From Planctomyces sp. (GTDB taxonomy: Bacteria; Planctomycetota; Planctomycetia; Planctomycetales; Planctomycetaceae): DNA of 64,000 nt. Where the stretch lies: NCBI GenBank assembly GCA_002702685.1, contig PABD01000210.1:1035-65034 (forward strand), in the 5' to 3' direction. The translations under genes and the position numbers were made by a program. Positions 22,167-30,966 of the stretch are shown here, piece by piece; positions within the stretch are counted from its first letter, which is position 1, and every line of letters starts with the position of its first letter. The notes beneath the pieces were generated by a model. That model was not told where the DNA came from, searched no databases, and was given only the letters and a program-made list of their open reading frames with translations.

Positions 22167-23798
22167 TCACCACGCGGTCAATTGTTGACGGCGGGTTTGT
22201 CGGAAGAGGACAACGATCGCGGGTAGAATCAGCAACGCGAAGATCAGGTAGAATGCCGCTGTCTGGGAAGGGCTGTTTCGCACGATCAGTTCGTCGAGTG
22301 ACATGGCGATTCGGATACCCGGGTATTTTCCCGTGATGACGCCCTGCAGAATGGCTGAATACCCGATCGTCATCACGATCGAATGCAACGGGTTTCCAAT
22401 CCACCAGTAGATGGCGGCGGCAAGCAGAAAATGCGCCGAGAGATATAGAGTTCCGCGCGTCAGAATGAGCGTCGGCCAGCCATATACATCGAAGATGACG
22501 TCCATCAGCAGGAACGGACCGATCAGACAGAAAATGCCGACGAACAGGCTGGAGAGCAGTTTCGTCAGCAACCACCGGGTCGGGGAGAGTGGCAGCGCTC
22601 GCCAGAACGATTGGATCTCCAGCGATCGATCCCGATGAAAGACGGTGGTGCCCAACAGCAGCATCCCGGGCAGACCCACTAGGAGGAAGAGCGGCGTCAG
22701 AATGGAGTCGACATCGCTTGCTAACCGAAGGACATGGCTGTTCCAGTTTGTAATGACGGGCGAGACGCCCAGAGCCAGACCAAGCCCCAGCATGGGGAGC
22801 AGCAACAGGGATTGCGACTTCCATTGATGTTGCATCAGCAACCAGGTGGGGGACTTGGCCAATCGCGAGGTAAGTCGGGTGTGCCGGGGGAGGAGAAGTC
22901 GGATCCGCCAGAGCCAGCGGACGAGTGGTTGAGCGGCGCGATGCAGGATCCGATCGATGGCCGGGGTGGTATCCGTTCCGTAATACCGCACGAATCGGCG
23001 CATGAGTAGCAATCCGGCGCTGAGTTGCGCAGCGACGATCGCGACAAAGATCCACGACGAAAAAACCAAATTTGTGAAAAAATTAGTGAAGACGATTGGA
23101 AACACAAGCGGATTGCCTGCGTTGAGGAGAAGTGACAAATTATTGAGCGAATCAATAAGAGCCCTTCCGGCTTCCGTTGAGAGTAATTCCGGATTCACTC
23201 GAATAGCCAGAATGGGAATCCCAAAGCTAAGAATCAGGAGAATGACGGAAATGAATACAACCAGCAGTCCCACACCGCCCGCACCCATGAATGATTCCTT
23301 GCGGACGGCGAGACCAGTGGTCCACAGATACATGGTCAATGCTAACATCATGGACATGGAGGCAATTAATGCGATCGAACCGGAAAAGCTGCCGGAAAGC
23401 GATTTGAAATCCTCTAAAAATCGCGATGGCAACACGTCAGCAATTTGCATCACCGAGGCCAGCAGGAAAAACAGGAGATAAGAGATCAGTAGTGGCCCCA
23501 ATAAGACCATAGCGCCGACAATCAACTTGACGATCGCCTTCTTTTGCCGCGACAGTGGGAGCGACAAATAGAAAGTTCCCGGGGTCGAACGCGACTCGGA
23601 GTCAATCACACTGCTCCCGACAAGAATTCCGAGAAATCCTGCGAAATAAAACGTCAGGAAAAGTAAGGCGGCGGCCGACGCCGGGTTCACTACCAAAAAG
23701 ACGCTCTCCAGTCCGCAGAGAACACACAAGACGACCCAGAAATACTTCCGTTGCTGCCGCCATTCTTTGCGGATCAGGGCTTTGAGTTGGGGGGACAT
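22167..23798 (-). CDS. ABC-2 type transporter permease, paralog B
   Basis: Same first 22 aa as paralog A (MSPQLKALIRKEWRQQRKYFWV), which fixes the start at 23798; FYLSLPLSR and FWRALPLSP motifs. Confidence 0.8.
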   Translation of the reverse strand: MSPQLKALIRKEWRQQRKYFWVVLCVLCGLESVFLVVNPASAAALLFLTFYFAGFLGILVGSSVIDSESRSTPGTFYLSLPLSRQKKAIVKLIVGAMVLLGPLLISYLLFFLLASVMQIADVLPSRFLEDFKSLSGSFSGSIALIASMSMMLALTMYLWTTGLAVRKESFMGAGGVGLLVVFISVILLILSFGIPILAIRVNPELLSTEAGRALIDSLNNLSLLLNAGNPLVFPIVFTNFFTNLVFSSWIFVAIVAAQLSAGLLLMRRFVRYYGTDTTPAIDRILHRAAQPLVRWLWRIRLLLPRHTRLTSRLAKSPTWLLMQHQWKSQSLLLLPMLGLGLALGVSPVITNWNSHVLRLASDVDSILTPLFLLVGLPGMLLLGTTVFHRDRSLEIQSFWRALPLSPTRWLLTKLLSSLFVGIFCLIGPFLLMDVIFDVYGWPTLILTRGTLYLSAHFLLAAAIYWWIGNPLHSIVMTIGYSAILQGVITGKYPGIRIAMSLDELIVRNSPSQTAAFYLIFALLILPAIVVLFRQTRRQQLTAW

Positions 23799-23847
23799 GG
23801 TTGTTCGCCTGCTGTTGAGTGATTGAAGAAGTAAAACGATGTCCGTA

Positions 23848-24762
23848 TTACGCTTCCACCGGTTCGGGGTGATTAAAGGGGAGCTCCGGGCGGCCGATGA
23901 TGTAGGCTTCGAAAATTTCATCGAGGCTCAGGTCCTGCACTTCGTGTTCGATTCCCCGCAGTTCGAGGTCGGGTTCGATCTGCTGGAAGTTGTCGACGGT
24001 GAGTGCCAGTTGATGCTCCCATTGCTGGGCGTCGATCACCCGCATCTTCTTGTTGCCGAGCGGCGCCGTTCCCGAGGAAAAGATAATCCGTTTGACGTTT
24101 TCCTTGAGTTCCTCCGTCGGCGCCTGCCGCAGAATGCGGCCTTCATGCAGAATCATCACGATATCCGCGATCGGTTCGACTTCGTACAACAGATGCGAAC
24201 TGTAAAGGACGGTGCAGTTCTCCGCCTGCAGGTGGGTGATCATGTCCCGGTTGAATTCTTTCCGCATGATCGGGTCGAGCCCCAGCACCGGATCGTCGAA
24301 GATGACCATCTGCGGATGATGCGCGAGGGCAAGCAGCAACCCGAGCCGGATGTTCTGCCCTTTGGAAAGCGCTTTCACCTTTGTTGCGATTGGCAGATCG
24401 AACTGTTGCAGCAATCGTTGAACGAGCGTGTGGTCCCAGGTGTCGTAGAACGCGGAGACAAACTGGATCGTCTCGATGACGGTCATCCAGCCATACATCT
24501 GTTGGTCTTCGGCCAGGTAACCGATCCGTTTACGGATTTCGATCGGATCCTTCTGCGGAGAATAACCGAGCAGGTTGATCTCACCGGAATCGGGTTCGAT
24601 CAGTCCCATCAGGGAGCGGATCGTGGTCGTCTTGCCGGCGCCATTCCGGCCGAGCAACGCGACGATCTGCCCTTCTTCGACAGCAAAGGTGAGGTCTTTG
24701 AGGACCAGCTGTTGTCCGTACGACTTGTTCAGTCGGTCGACTTTCAACACGACATCAGACAT
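23848..24762 (-). CDS. ABC transporter ATP-binding protein (YtrB-like)
   Basis: Walker A GRNGAGKTT, signature LSKGQ, Walker B VIFDDP, SSH switch. Confidence 0.93.
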   Translation of the reverse strand: MSDVVLKVDRLNKSYGQQLVLKDLTFAVEEGQIVALLGRNGAGKTTTIRSLMGLIEPDSGEINLLGYSPQKDPIEIRKRIGYLAEDQQMYGWMTVIETIQFVSAFYDTWDHTLVQRLLQQFDLPIATKVKALSKGQNIRLGLLLALAHHPQMVIFDDPVLGLDPIMRKEFNRDMITHLQAENCTVLYSSHLLYEVEPIADIVMILHEGRILRQAPTEELKENVKRIIFSSGTAPLGNKKMRVIDAQQWEHQLALTVDNFQQIEPDLELRGIEHEVQDLSLDEIFEAYIIGRPELPFNHPEPVEA

Positions 24763-24802
24763 GAGAGAAACTCCAAACTGGTTTGCGATCAGGAGAAATG
24801 TC

Positions 24803-25201
24803 TTACGTGGCGGCGGTCACGGAATCGGCCTCGCTTTTGAGGGCGGCTTCCAGCATCTGTTGCAGTTCCTTCCGACTGAGCCCCAGCGACAGGCCGTGAC
24901 GGACGAGTTGCTGGAATTCCTCATAGAAGTGCTCGCGCTGTTCCTTCAACTGCCGGAGCGGTGGCGAGTCGGCGACGTACGTTCCCGCGCCGTGCCGTTT
25001 GTCGAGAATCCCCTCGGCGTTCAGTTTTTCATACACGCGCAGAATGGTGTTCTGATTCACGGCCAGTTCCCGCGCTAGCTCGCGTACGGAGGGGAGCTTG
25101 TCCCCCGGTTGCAATTGCTCCGACAGGCAGAGGGCGGTGATCTGGGAACTGATCTGCCGGGAGATCGGGACGGCGGAGCCTTTTTCGATTCGAAGGAACA
25201 T
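24803..25201 (-). CDS. GntR family regulator, YtrA subfamily
   Basis: PISRQI, PGDKLPSVRELARELAVNQNT, GAGTYV, short C-terminal helix; heads an ABC operon. Confidence 0.92.
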   Translation of the reverse strand: MFLRIEKGSAVPISRQISSQITALCLSEQLQPGDKLPSVRELARELAVNQNTILRVYEKLNAEGILDKRHGAGTYVADSPPLRQLKEQREHFYEEFQQLVRHGLSLGLSRKELQQMLEAALKSEADSVTAAT

Positions 25202-25238
25202 CGGGGGTTTCCTGTGTTAATCGGCAAGTGACTACACA

Positions 25239-25268
25239 TATATAACAGTAATCAGTTCCGGGCGTCAA
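25239..25268 (-). promoter_or_regulatory. Putative sigma70 promoter of the gntR-ABC operon
   Basis: Minus strand TTGACG-N18-TATATA with an extended-10 TG. Confidence 0.5.
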
Positions 25269-25318
25269 GATTTTTGTGACAATTTTTTAACAACCTCCCG
25301 AATTGATCTTGAGATCTT

Positions 25319-25352
25319 CTACCCAGGTAGTAATGATACTACTCAAGTAGTA
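25319..25352 (+). promoter_or_regulatory. Tandem palindromic operator candidates for the BlaI-like repressor
   Basis: CTAC-ccag-GTAG (25319-25330) and TACTAC-tcaa-GTAGTA (25337-25352), cores 20 bp apart, 40 bp upstream of the start codon. Confidence 0.65.
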
Positions 25353-25392
25353 AATCGGGCGCCGCGCCGCCGAACTCAGGAAGGACTCGATC

Positions 25393-25788
25393 ATGCCGAA
25401 ACCTGTTCATCTCGCGGATCTCCAGCTTGCCATTATGCAGGTGTTATGGGATCGCGAAGAAGCCACCGTTGCAGATGTCCGGGAAGCTCTCCTGGATGAA
25501 GGTCGCAAGCTGGCCTACACTACGGTGGCGACCATGCTCACCAAACTCGAAAAGAGCGGGCATGTCGCACGCGAAGCGAAAGGCCGCGTGCTCAGTTACC
25601 GTCCGACGCTCCGCCGGGAACAGGTCTCCCGTTCGATGGTGACCGACCTCGCGCAGAAACTCTTCCGGGGCGATCTGGAAACCATGGTCAGTCACCTGCT
25701 GGAAGGTTGCGACGTCGATCAGGAGGAACTCACCCGACTCAAAAAGCTGATCCGCCAGAAGGAACGGGAGGTGAAAGGTGATGAATGA
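25393..25788 (+). CDS. BlaI/MecI/CopY family transcriptional repressor
   Basis: LAIMQVLW...ATVADV...LAYTTVATMLTKLEKSGHV...SYRP; AGGA SD. Confidence 0.93.
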   Translation: MPKPVHLADLQLAIMQVLWDREEATVADVREALLDEGRKLAYTTVATMLTKLEKSGHVAREAKGRVLSYRPTLRREQVSRSMVTDLAQKLFRGDLETMVSHLLEGCDVDQEELTRLKKLIRQKEREVKGDE

Positions 25789-27307
25789 ACTTTACGCCGC
25801 CGGTTCCCTGCTGCTCACCTACCTCCTGCACTCCACGCTGACGCTCGGCCTCGTCTGGCTGCTGCTGCGATCGCGGTTGCGACATCACCCCGCAGTCACC
25901 GAAACGCTCTGGAAGTTTGCCGCCATCGCTCCAATTGTGACCGTCGCTCTGCAAATGGGGATGCTCGACAACCATTGGCGACTCAACCCGCGGGAATGGA
26001 TGAAGAATTCATCGACCCCGGAAGTCCGGCCCAGTGATTCCGTTCTACCGGAAAACATGCAACCGGGAATTCCGCCATTGAGGGAAGTCGAAATGGTTCT
26101 GCCTGATGAGCATGCGGAACCCATTTTCGACGAATGGGAATTCGCCGCTGATTTCGACCTCGCCGAACTCCCGCCAACAACGGTTGATTCGGATATCGAT
26201 CAGCCGAAGCGGAACGGGGCCGCAATCAGCGCGGTGCTGCGCGAAGATCGTGAGGCTGGTTTCGATTTCACCATTTTGTGCTGGATCGGGGGCGGGTTCA
26301 CAACGCTGCTGGTCCTGGGCGGGTTCGTGCGTCTGGTGTCGAGCTTCAGCCAGTTGAACCGCGCGTTACGGCAGGCAACCCCGCTGCGGGATGGTCCCCT
26401 CGTCGAGGTATTTCAGCGTTTGGCGGAACAGAGCGGAATTCGCAAGCGCGTCGACCTGTTTCAACTGAACGAAATCTCCGAACCCGCCGCGAGTGGCTGG
26501 TGGTCGTGGAGTATACTGCTGCCGGTAGGGATCGAAGACGAAATCTCCCCCGCGGAACTGGAAGCCGTGCTCGCTCACGAACTCGCGCACCTGGTGCGGC
26601 ATGATGTCGGTTGGCTCTGGCTGGGCCGCGCCCTCTGCTGGCTCTGCCCGTTCCAGCCGCTGAATTTCGTCGCGCATCGTGAATGGCAGCTCGCCGCCGA
26701 ATCTCTTTGTGATGCGTGGGCGGTGGCGAAAGGGATTGACCGGTTCACCCTCGCGCATTCGCTCACTTCGATCGCCGCCCGAACTCGCGTCCCGCGCGTC
26801 GACCTGTCGATTACGGTGACCGGCGCCGGAGGTCGTCACTTGACGGAACGGGTCGAGTATCTGCTGGCGGAGGATCGTGTCGTGAATTCATCGAAAAGAA
26901 ATCGGGCGCTGACTTGCTCCCTCTGCGCAGCCGGAATCGCGGCACTCGTCTTTTTGGTCCCCACGATCGAACTCATTGCGGACATCGAAGAACCCGCGAT
27001 CACATCGGAGAACGTATCGCCGGTGGAAACAACTGTAGCGACAAACGTCCCGATAGAAGAACCGGCGACGGTTACAACCGACATCGACGCCGGACGAAAA
27101 CTACAGATCGCCGCCCGCTTCAAACAGTTGCAGGCGGAGACGCTCGAACTGCAGGCGGAAACGGCCGAGGCCGTGGACGTCGCGCGTTCCGAACCGGAAG
27201 AGATTCGGAAACGCACCCAGGCGATCGACGAACAGGCCGCGCGACTGAATGATCGATTGAAAAAACTCGAATCCCGCTTCAACCAACTCACCTCCCCCCG
27301 CGATTGA
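25778..27307 (+). CDS. M56 (BlaR1/MecR1-like) metallopeptidase with a coiled-coil C-terminus
   Basis: YLLHST TM start, ELEAVLAHELAHLVRHD zinc motif, ESLCDAWA, LTERV; overlaps the blaI-like stop. Confidence 0.9.
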   Translation: MMNELYAAGSLLLTYLLHSTLTLGLVWLLLRSRLRHHPAVTETLWKFAAIAPIVTVALQMGMLDNHWRLNPREWMKNSSTPEVRPSDSVLPENMQPGIPPLREVEMVLPDEHAEPIFDEWEFAADFDLAELPPTTVDSDIDQPKRNGAAISAVLREDREAGFDFTILCWIGGGFTTLLVLGGFVRLVSSFSQLNRALRQATPLRDGPLVEVFQRLAEQSGIRKRVDLFQLNEISEPAASGWWSWSILLPVGIEDEISPAELEAVLAHELAHLVRHDVGWLWLGRALCWLCPFQPLNFVAHREWQLAAESLCDAWAVAKGIDRFTLAHSLTSIAARTRVPRVDLSITVTGAGGRHLTERVEYLLAEDRVVNSSKRNRALTCSLCAAGIAALVFLVPTIELIADIEEPAITSENVSPVETTVATNVPIEEPATVTTDIDAGRKLQIAARFKQLQAETLELQAETAEAVDVARSEPEEIRKRTQAIDEQAARLNDRLKKLESRFNQLTSPRD

Positions 27308-27349
27308 TTTCAAGGAAGAAACAACATGCGAACCACGAAAGGGAATCTC

Positions 27350-28822
27350 ATGAGAACAGTACTTTATTCAACGATGCTGCTGCTGCTCGGTTGCGTCATC
27401 ACCATCTTCGGCCTGCAATTCATCTTCGCCCCGGAATCGGCCTGGAGCCAGACGGATGCGGAACGGGATGGATTAAACATTCAGGTCGTAGAATTCCCCA
27501 AGCCTGATCTTGGTGGCCCCGCAGATCCAAAGAGCATAGGCACGGAAAAGCATCCCAATCCTTGGTTGGCGATTGATGTGGATGGCAAGATTTATCTTTG
27601 GGGCGACATATGGGAAGTGATGCAAGATAAGTTTGACGAGAAAAAGAAAGCCTTTGACCGTTTCACGGACCCCGTGGTCGGGGCAGCTCTTTTCAATCGA
27701 ACTCGTGCCAACGAAATGAGTCGGGAAATGCTCAGACTACGTTTGGACGGACATCGTGCGAAGTCATTCGTAATCGAAGAACTGGAAAAGGGTGAAATCA
27801 AGAGCGTAGAAAAAACGTTGTCGTTGAAACGAAGCACGCTGCCGGAAGAATTAAAGAAGGCATTGAAGGAAATTGATACGGAACAAACTGAAAAGAATGA
27901 TGACGCAGGAAGCGAACGCGAAGATCTTAACAAGACTGTCTTGTCTCTTCATTCTCGACTCGCAACGCTCCGCGCGGGACTGGATAAAGATCCGGATCCC
28001 CCTTACGAGCTGCTTCAAGAACGGGCAGATGTTGCGCAAGAGTTGTTGGGCATCATTGCTAGCTCACCACGGGCGATAATAGAGCAGGAAACGGAAGCCA
28101 GTGAAATGAAAGAGCCGTCGGTTGACGCTGAGTCCGGCGATGCCTTGAACGACGACACATCTTCCCAAGCAACTCCACAAGATTCCGCAGCCGGACCGGA
28201 CGACGATGCGGACCTGATCCAACTGACGTCGTGGCGGGATGTCCTTGTCGGACGATTGCTGAAACTCGAATCGGAATTTGAGCAGAACCGCGATAGTGCT
28301 TATGTGAAGGCACAGATTCAGAATCTGGAGACTCAAATCGCCGATCTGGAAGAACAGATTTGGGCACAAGTCGATTGGGATGTGGAAAAGAACGCTTCGG
28401 CACAGCGGAAACCGAACCATGACGAGTCGAAAGATCGGTCGGCGGAGTCAGATCCCGAGACCGATAGCGATCGCCCTGTTGGATGGGGATTCCGGATTTC
28501 GGAGATGGATCCTATTAAGAGTTCGCAGAGTTTGTCATCGGAAATTCATTCCCGCATCGGTCAAATCCTCAAAGCCGCCGATCTGCTCGAACAGGCTGGG
28601 GAAGGGGAACAGGCTGAAGCTCTGCGTGAAAAGGCGCGCGTACTGGAGGAAGAACTCAAACGAAGTGCAACGCCCAAACCGGTCGAAGAACAACTCCTTG
28701 ACGAAATGCGGGAACTCCACGAACAGATTCGCGACCTACGCGATGACGTGCGCGAGATCAAAGCTTTGATTCGCGATGAAGCCATTCTGGGTGTCGAAGA
28801 AGATACCGATAATCAATCGTAA
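27350..28822 (+). CDS. Hypothetical exported acidic coiled-coil protein
   Basis: N-terminal hydrophobic helix, E/D-rich, heptad C-terminus (LLDEMRELHEQIRDLRDDVREIKALI); start 27350 or 27326. Confidence 0.7.
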   Translation: MRTVLYSTMLLLLGCVITIFGLQFIFAPESAWSQTDAERDGLNIQVVEFPKPDLGGPADPKSIGTEKHPNPWLAIDVDGKIYLWGDIWEVMQDKFDEKKKAFDRFTDPVVGAALFNRTRANEMSREMLRLRLDGHRAKSFVIEELEKGEIKSVEKTLSLKRSTLPEELKKALKEIDTEQTEKNDDAGSEREDLNKTVLSLHSRLATLRAGLDKDPDPPYELLQERADVAQELLGIIASSPRAIIEQETEASEMKEPSVDAESGDALNDDTSSQATPQDSAAGPDDDADLIQLTSWRDVLVGRLLKLESEFEQNRDSAYVKAQIQNLETQIADLEEQIWAQVDWDVEKNASAQRKPNHDESKDRSAESDPETDSDRPVGWGFRISEMDPIKSSQSLSSEIHSRIGQILKAADLLEQAGEGEQAEALREKARVLEEELKRSATPKPVEEQLLDEMRELHEQIRDLRDDVREIKALIRDEAILGVEEDTDNQS

Positions 28823-28840
28823 CGAAGGCGTCTTTGGAAC

Positions 28841-29033
28841 GGGTGCCACTGCTGGCTCGTCCAGCAGTGTGATCACAGAGTGCCTGTTTGGTCGCTTCAA
28901 CAACGACGCAATCCCGCGATAGCTCTGAAAGGAGCAGTCCTTATTCAATGAGGAATCGCGGTGTTGCTTCCATAAGAAAACTTTCATCGTCCTCCCCGTG
29001 TTTGCAATGCTGGACGAGCCAGCAGTGGCACCC
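28841..29033. repeat. Inverted REP-like doublet (REPIN-like), type 1
   Basis: gggtgccactgctggctcgtccagca (28841-28866) and its exact 26-nt reverse complement (29008-29033); each unit is itself a hairpin. Confidence 0.85.
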
Positions 29034-29056
29034 CAAGGAGACGATGAATAGTAAAA

Positions 29057-30607
29057 TCACGGGGCTTCAATCGCCGCGGGCTTTTCTTTCAGCCGTTGCT
29101 GTTGTGCGCGGCAGAGGGCTTTCAGGTAAGCTCGGGCACTCGCTTCGATGATGTCGGTGCTGACGCCTTTGCCGTGGAACGAGCGGTCGCCAACGGTGAT
29201 TTCCACATCGACTTCACCCAGGGCATCTTTGCCGTGCGAAACCGAACGGACCTGATAGTCCTGCAGGCGGGCGGCGATACCGGTGATCCGTTCAAGGGCC
29301 CAGAAGACGGCATCCACCGGGCCATCGCCCGTCGCGGCGTCGCAATGGACTGTCCCTTCGGCATCTTCGAGTTGGATCGTCGCGGTCGGAATATTTCCTG
29401 AACCGGCGGACGTATGGAAGCTGACCATTTTCCACGGGTCAATCGTGTCGCCGAGCTGGTTTTCGATAAGAGCCACGATATCGGCGTCGTAGACTTCCTT
29501 CTTCTTGTCGGCGAGGTTGATGAAATCTTCGAAGACACGCTGGAACGTATCTTCGTCCATTTCGTAACCGAGTTCCTGCAACCGGCTGCGGAAGGCGTGT
29601 CGGCCACTGTGCTTTCCAAGGACGAGGCTCGTCCCCCGGTAACCAACATCTTCGGGACGGATGATTTCGTAGGTAGCGGCGTTCTGCAACATGCCGTGCT
29701 GGTGAATGCCGGACTCATGCGCGAACGCGTTGCGACCGACAATCGCCTTGTTGCGCTGCACCTTCATGCCGGTGATGGTCGTCAACAGGTGCGACGTCGG
29801 GAAAAGACGTTTCGTGTCGATGTTGGTCGAACACTTGTAAAAGTCGTTGCGGGTGCGGAGAGCCATGACGACCTCTTCGAGCGCCGCGTTGCCGGCCCGT
29901 TCCCCGATGCCGTTGATCGTGCATTCAATCTGTCGCGCTCCCGCTTCCACCGCGGCAAGGCTGTTGGAGACGGCCATACCGAGGTCATCGTGACAGTGCG
30001 TGCTGATGACCGCCTTCTCGATGTTGGAGACATGCTGTTTCAGATGGCGGATGCAGTTGTAATACTGACTCGGCACGGCGTAACCGACGGTATCGGGAAT
30101 GTTCACCGTGGTCGCTCCCGCTTCGATCGCGCGTTCGACGACTTCCGTGAGGAAATCAAGTTCCGTACGAACGGCATCTTCGGGGGAGAACTCGATGTTG
30201 TCGCAATAGCCGGCGGCCCGTTTGACCATCTCTACCGCGCGCTGGATGATGTCTTCCTTCGTCATCTTGAGTTTGTGCTCGCGATGGATGGCGCTGGTGG
30301 CGAGGAAGACGTGAATCCGTTTCTTCTCGGCGTGTTGTACAGCCTCCCAGGCCCGGTCGATGTCTTCCACGCGGCAGCGAGCGAGGGCACAGATCGTGGT
30401 GCGATCACCGAACCGTTCCGCAATTTGACGGACGGCATCGAAGTCGCCGGGAGACGCGATGGGAAATCCGGCTTCGATCACATCGACACCCAACTCGACC
30501 AGCGCCTTGGCAATTTCCAGTTTTTCGGCAGTGTTCATACTGCAACCCGGAGATTGTTCGCCATCACGCAAGGTGGTGTCGAAAATGGTGACGATATCAC
30601 CCGACAT
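29057..30607 (-). CDS. leuA: 2-isopropylmalate synthase
   Basis: IFDTTLRDGEQ, PDTVG, HCHDDLG, GIGERAGN, AFAHESGIHQ, LGKHSG, C-terminal regulatory domain (GDGPVDA). Confidence 0.97.
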   Translation of the reverse strand: MSGDIVTIFDTTLRDGEQSPGCSMNTAEKLEIAKALVELGVDVIEAGFPIASPGDFDAVRQIAERFGDRTTICALARCRVEDIDRAWEAVQHAEKKRIHVFLATSAIHREHKLKMTKEDIIQRAVEMVKRAAGYCDNIEFSPEDAVRTELDFLTEVVERAIEAGATTVNIPDTVGYAVPSQYYNCIRHLKQHVSNIEKAVISTHCHDDLGMAVSNSLAAVEAGARQIECTINGIGERAGNAALEEVVMALRTRNDFYKCSTNIDTKRLFPTSHLLTTITGMKVQRNKAIVGRNAFAHESGIHQHGMLQNAATYEIIRPEDVGYRGTSLVLGKHSGRHAFRSRLQELGYEMDEDTFQRVFEDFINLADKKKEVYDADIVALIENQLGDTIDPWKMVSFHTSAGSGNIPTATIQLEDAEGTVHCDAATGDGPVDAVFWALERITGIAARLQDYQVRSVSHGKDALGEVDVEITVGDRSFHGKGVSTDIIEASARAYLKALCRAQQQRLKEKPAAIEAP

Positions 30608-30715
30608 AACTGGGACTCCCAATAAAGTGTTGAAACAACCGTATTACACCGGTTCGTGTAGAGACAAGGCTTGAGAACAGCGTTGGCCACAGCCAGAAGA
30701 GAGCAGCGAATAAAC

Positions 30716-30752
30716 AAAAAAAGCCCTGAGATCGACGGAGACCTCAGGGCTT
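30716..30752 (-). terminator. Attenuator terminator in the leuA leader
   Basis: Minus strand AAGCCCTGAG-loop-CTCAGGGCTT followed by a U-tract, ~110 nt before the leuA start. Confidence 0.85.
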
Positions 30753-30786
30753 CTGTATATGCTGAATCGGCAAATACCCAATGAAC

Positions 30787-30849
30787 CTAAGACCGTCCGT
30801 CTCCGGAAGGGGCCAATAGTAGCAGGTTCAGCAGGAAGATGCCTGTCAT
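30787..30849 (-). CDS. Leu attenuator leader peptide MTGIFLLNLLLLAPSGDGRS
   Basis: ATG ACA GGC ATC TTC CTG CTG AAC CTG CTA CTA TTG GCC CCT TCC GGA GAC GGA CGG TCT TAG: 6 Leu in 7 codons, including tandem CTA. Confidence 0.85.
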   Translation of the reverse strand: MTGIFLLNLLLLAPSGDGRS

Positions 30850-30921
30850 GTCAGTTTCAGATCAATTCCAGATGAGGAAATTGAAGGTTGATGGGGCGGG
30901 AGATACCCGCCAGTTGATTTA

Positions 30922-30950
30922 TTTATACAGCCGACTCCAGGACCGGTCAA
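30922..30950 (-). promoter_or_regulatory. Sigma70-type promoter of the leader-leuA transcript
   Basis: Minus strand TTGACC-N17-TATAAA. Confidence 0.65.
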
Positions 30951-30966
30951 GCAGTTCGCCCGGAGG

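Noticed and set aside
25228-25248. YtrA-type operator overlapping the -10 element
   Set aside because: Palindrome too degenerate to support by eye
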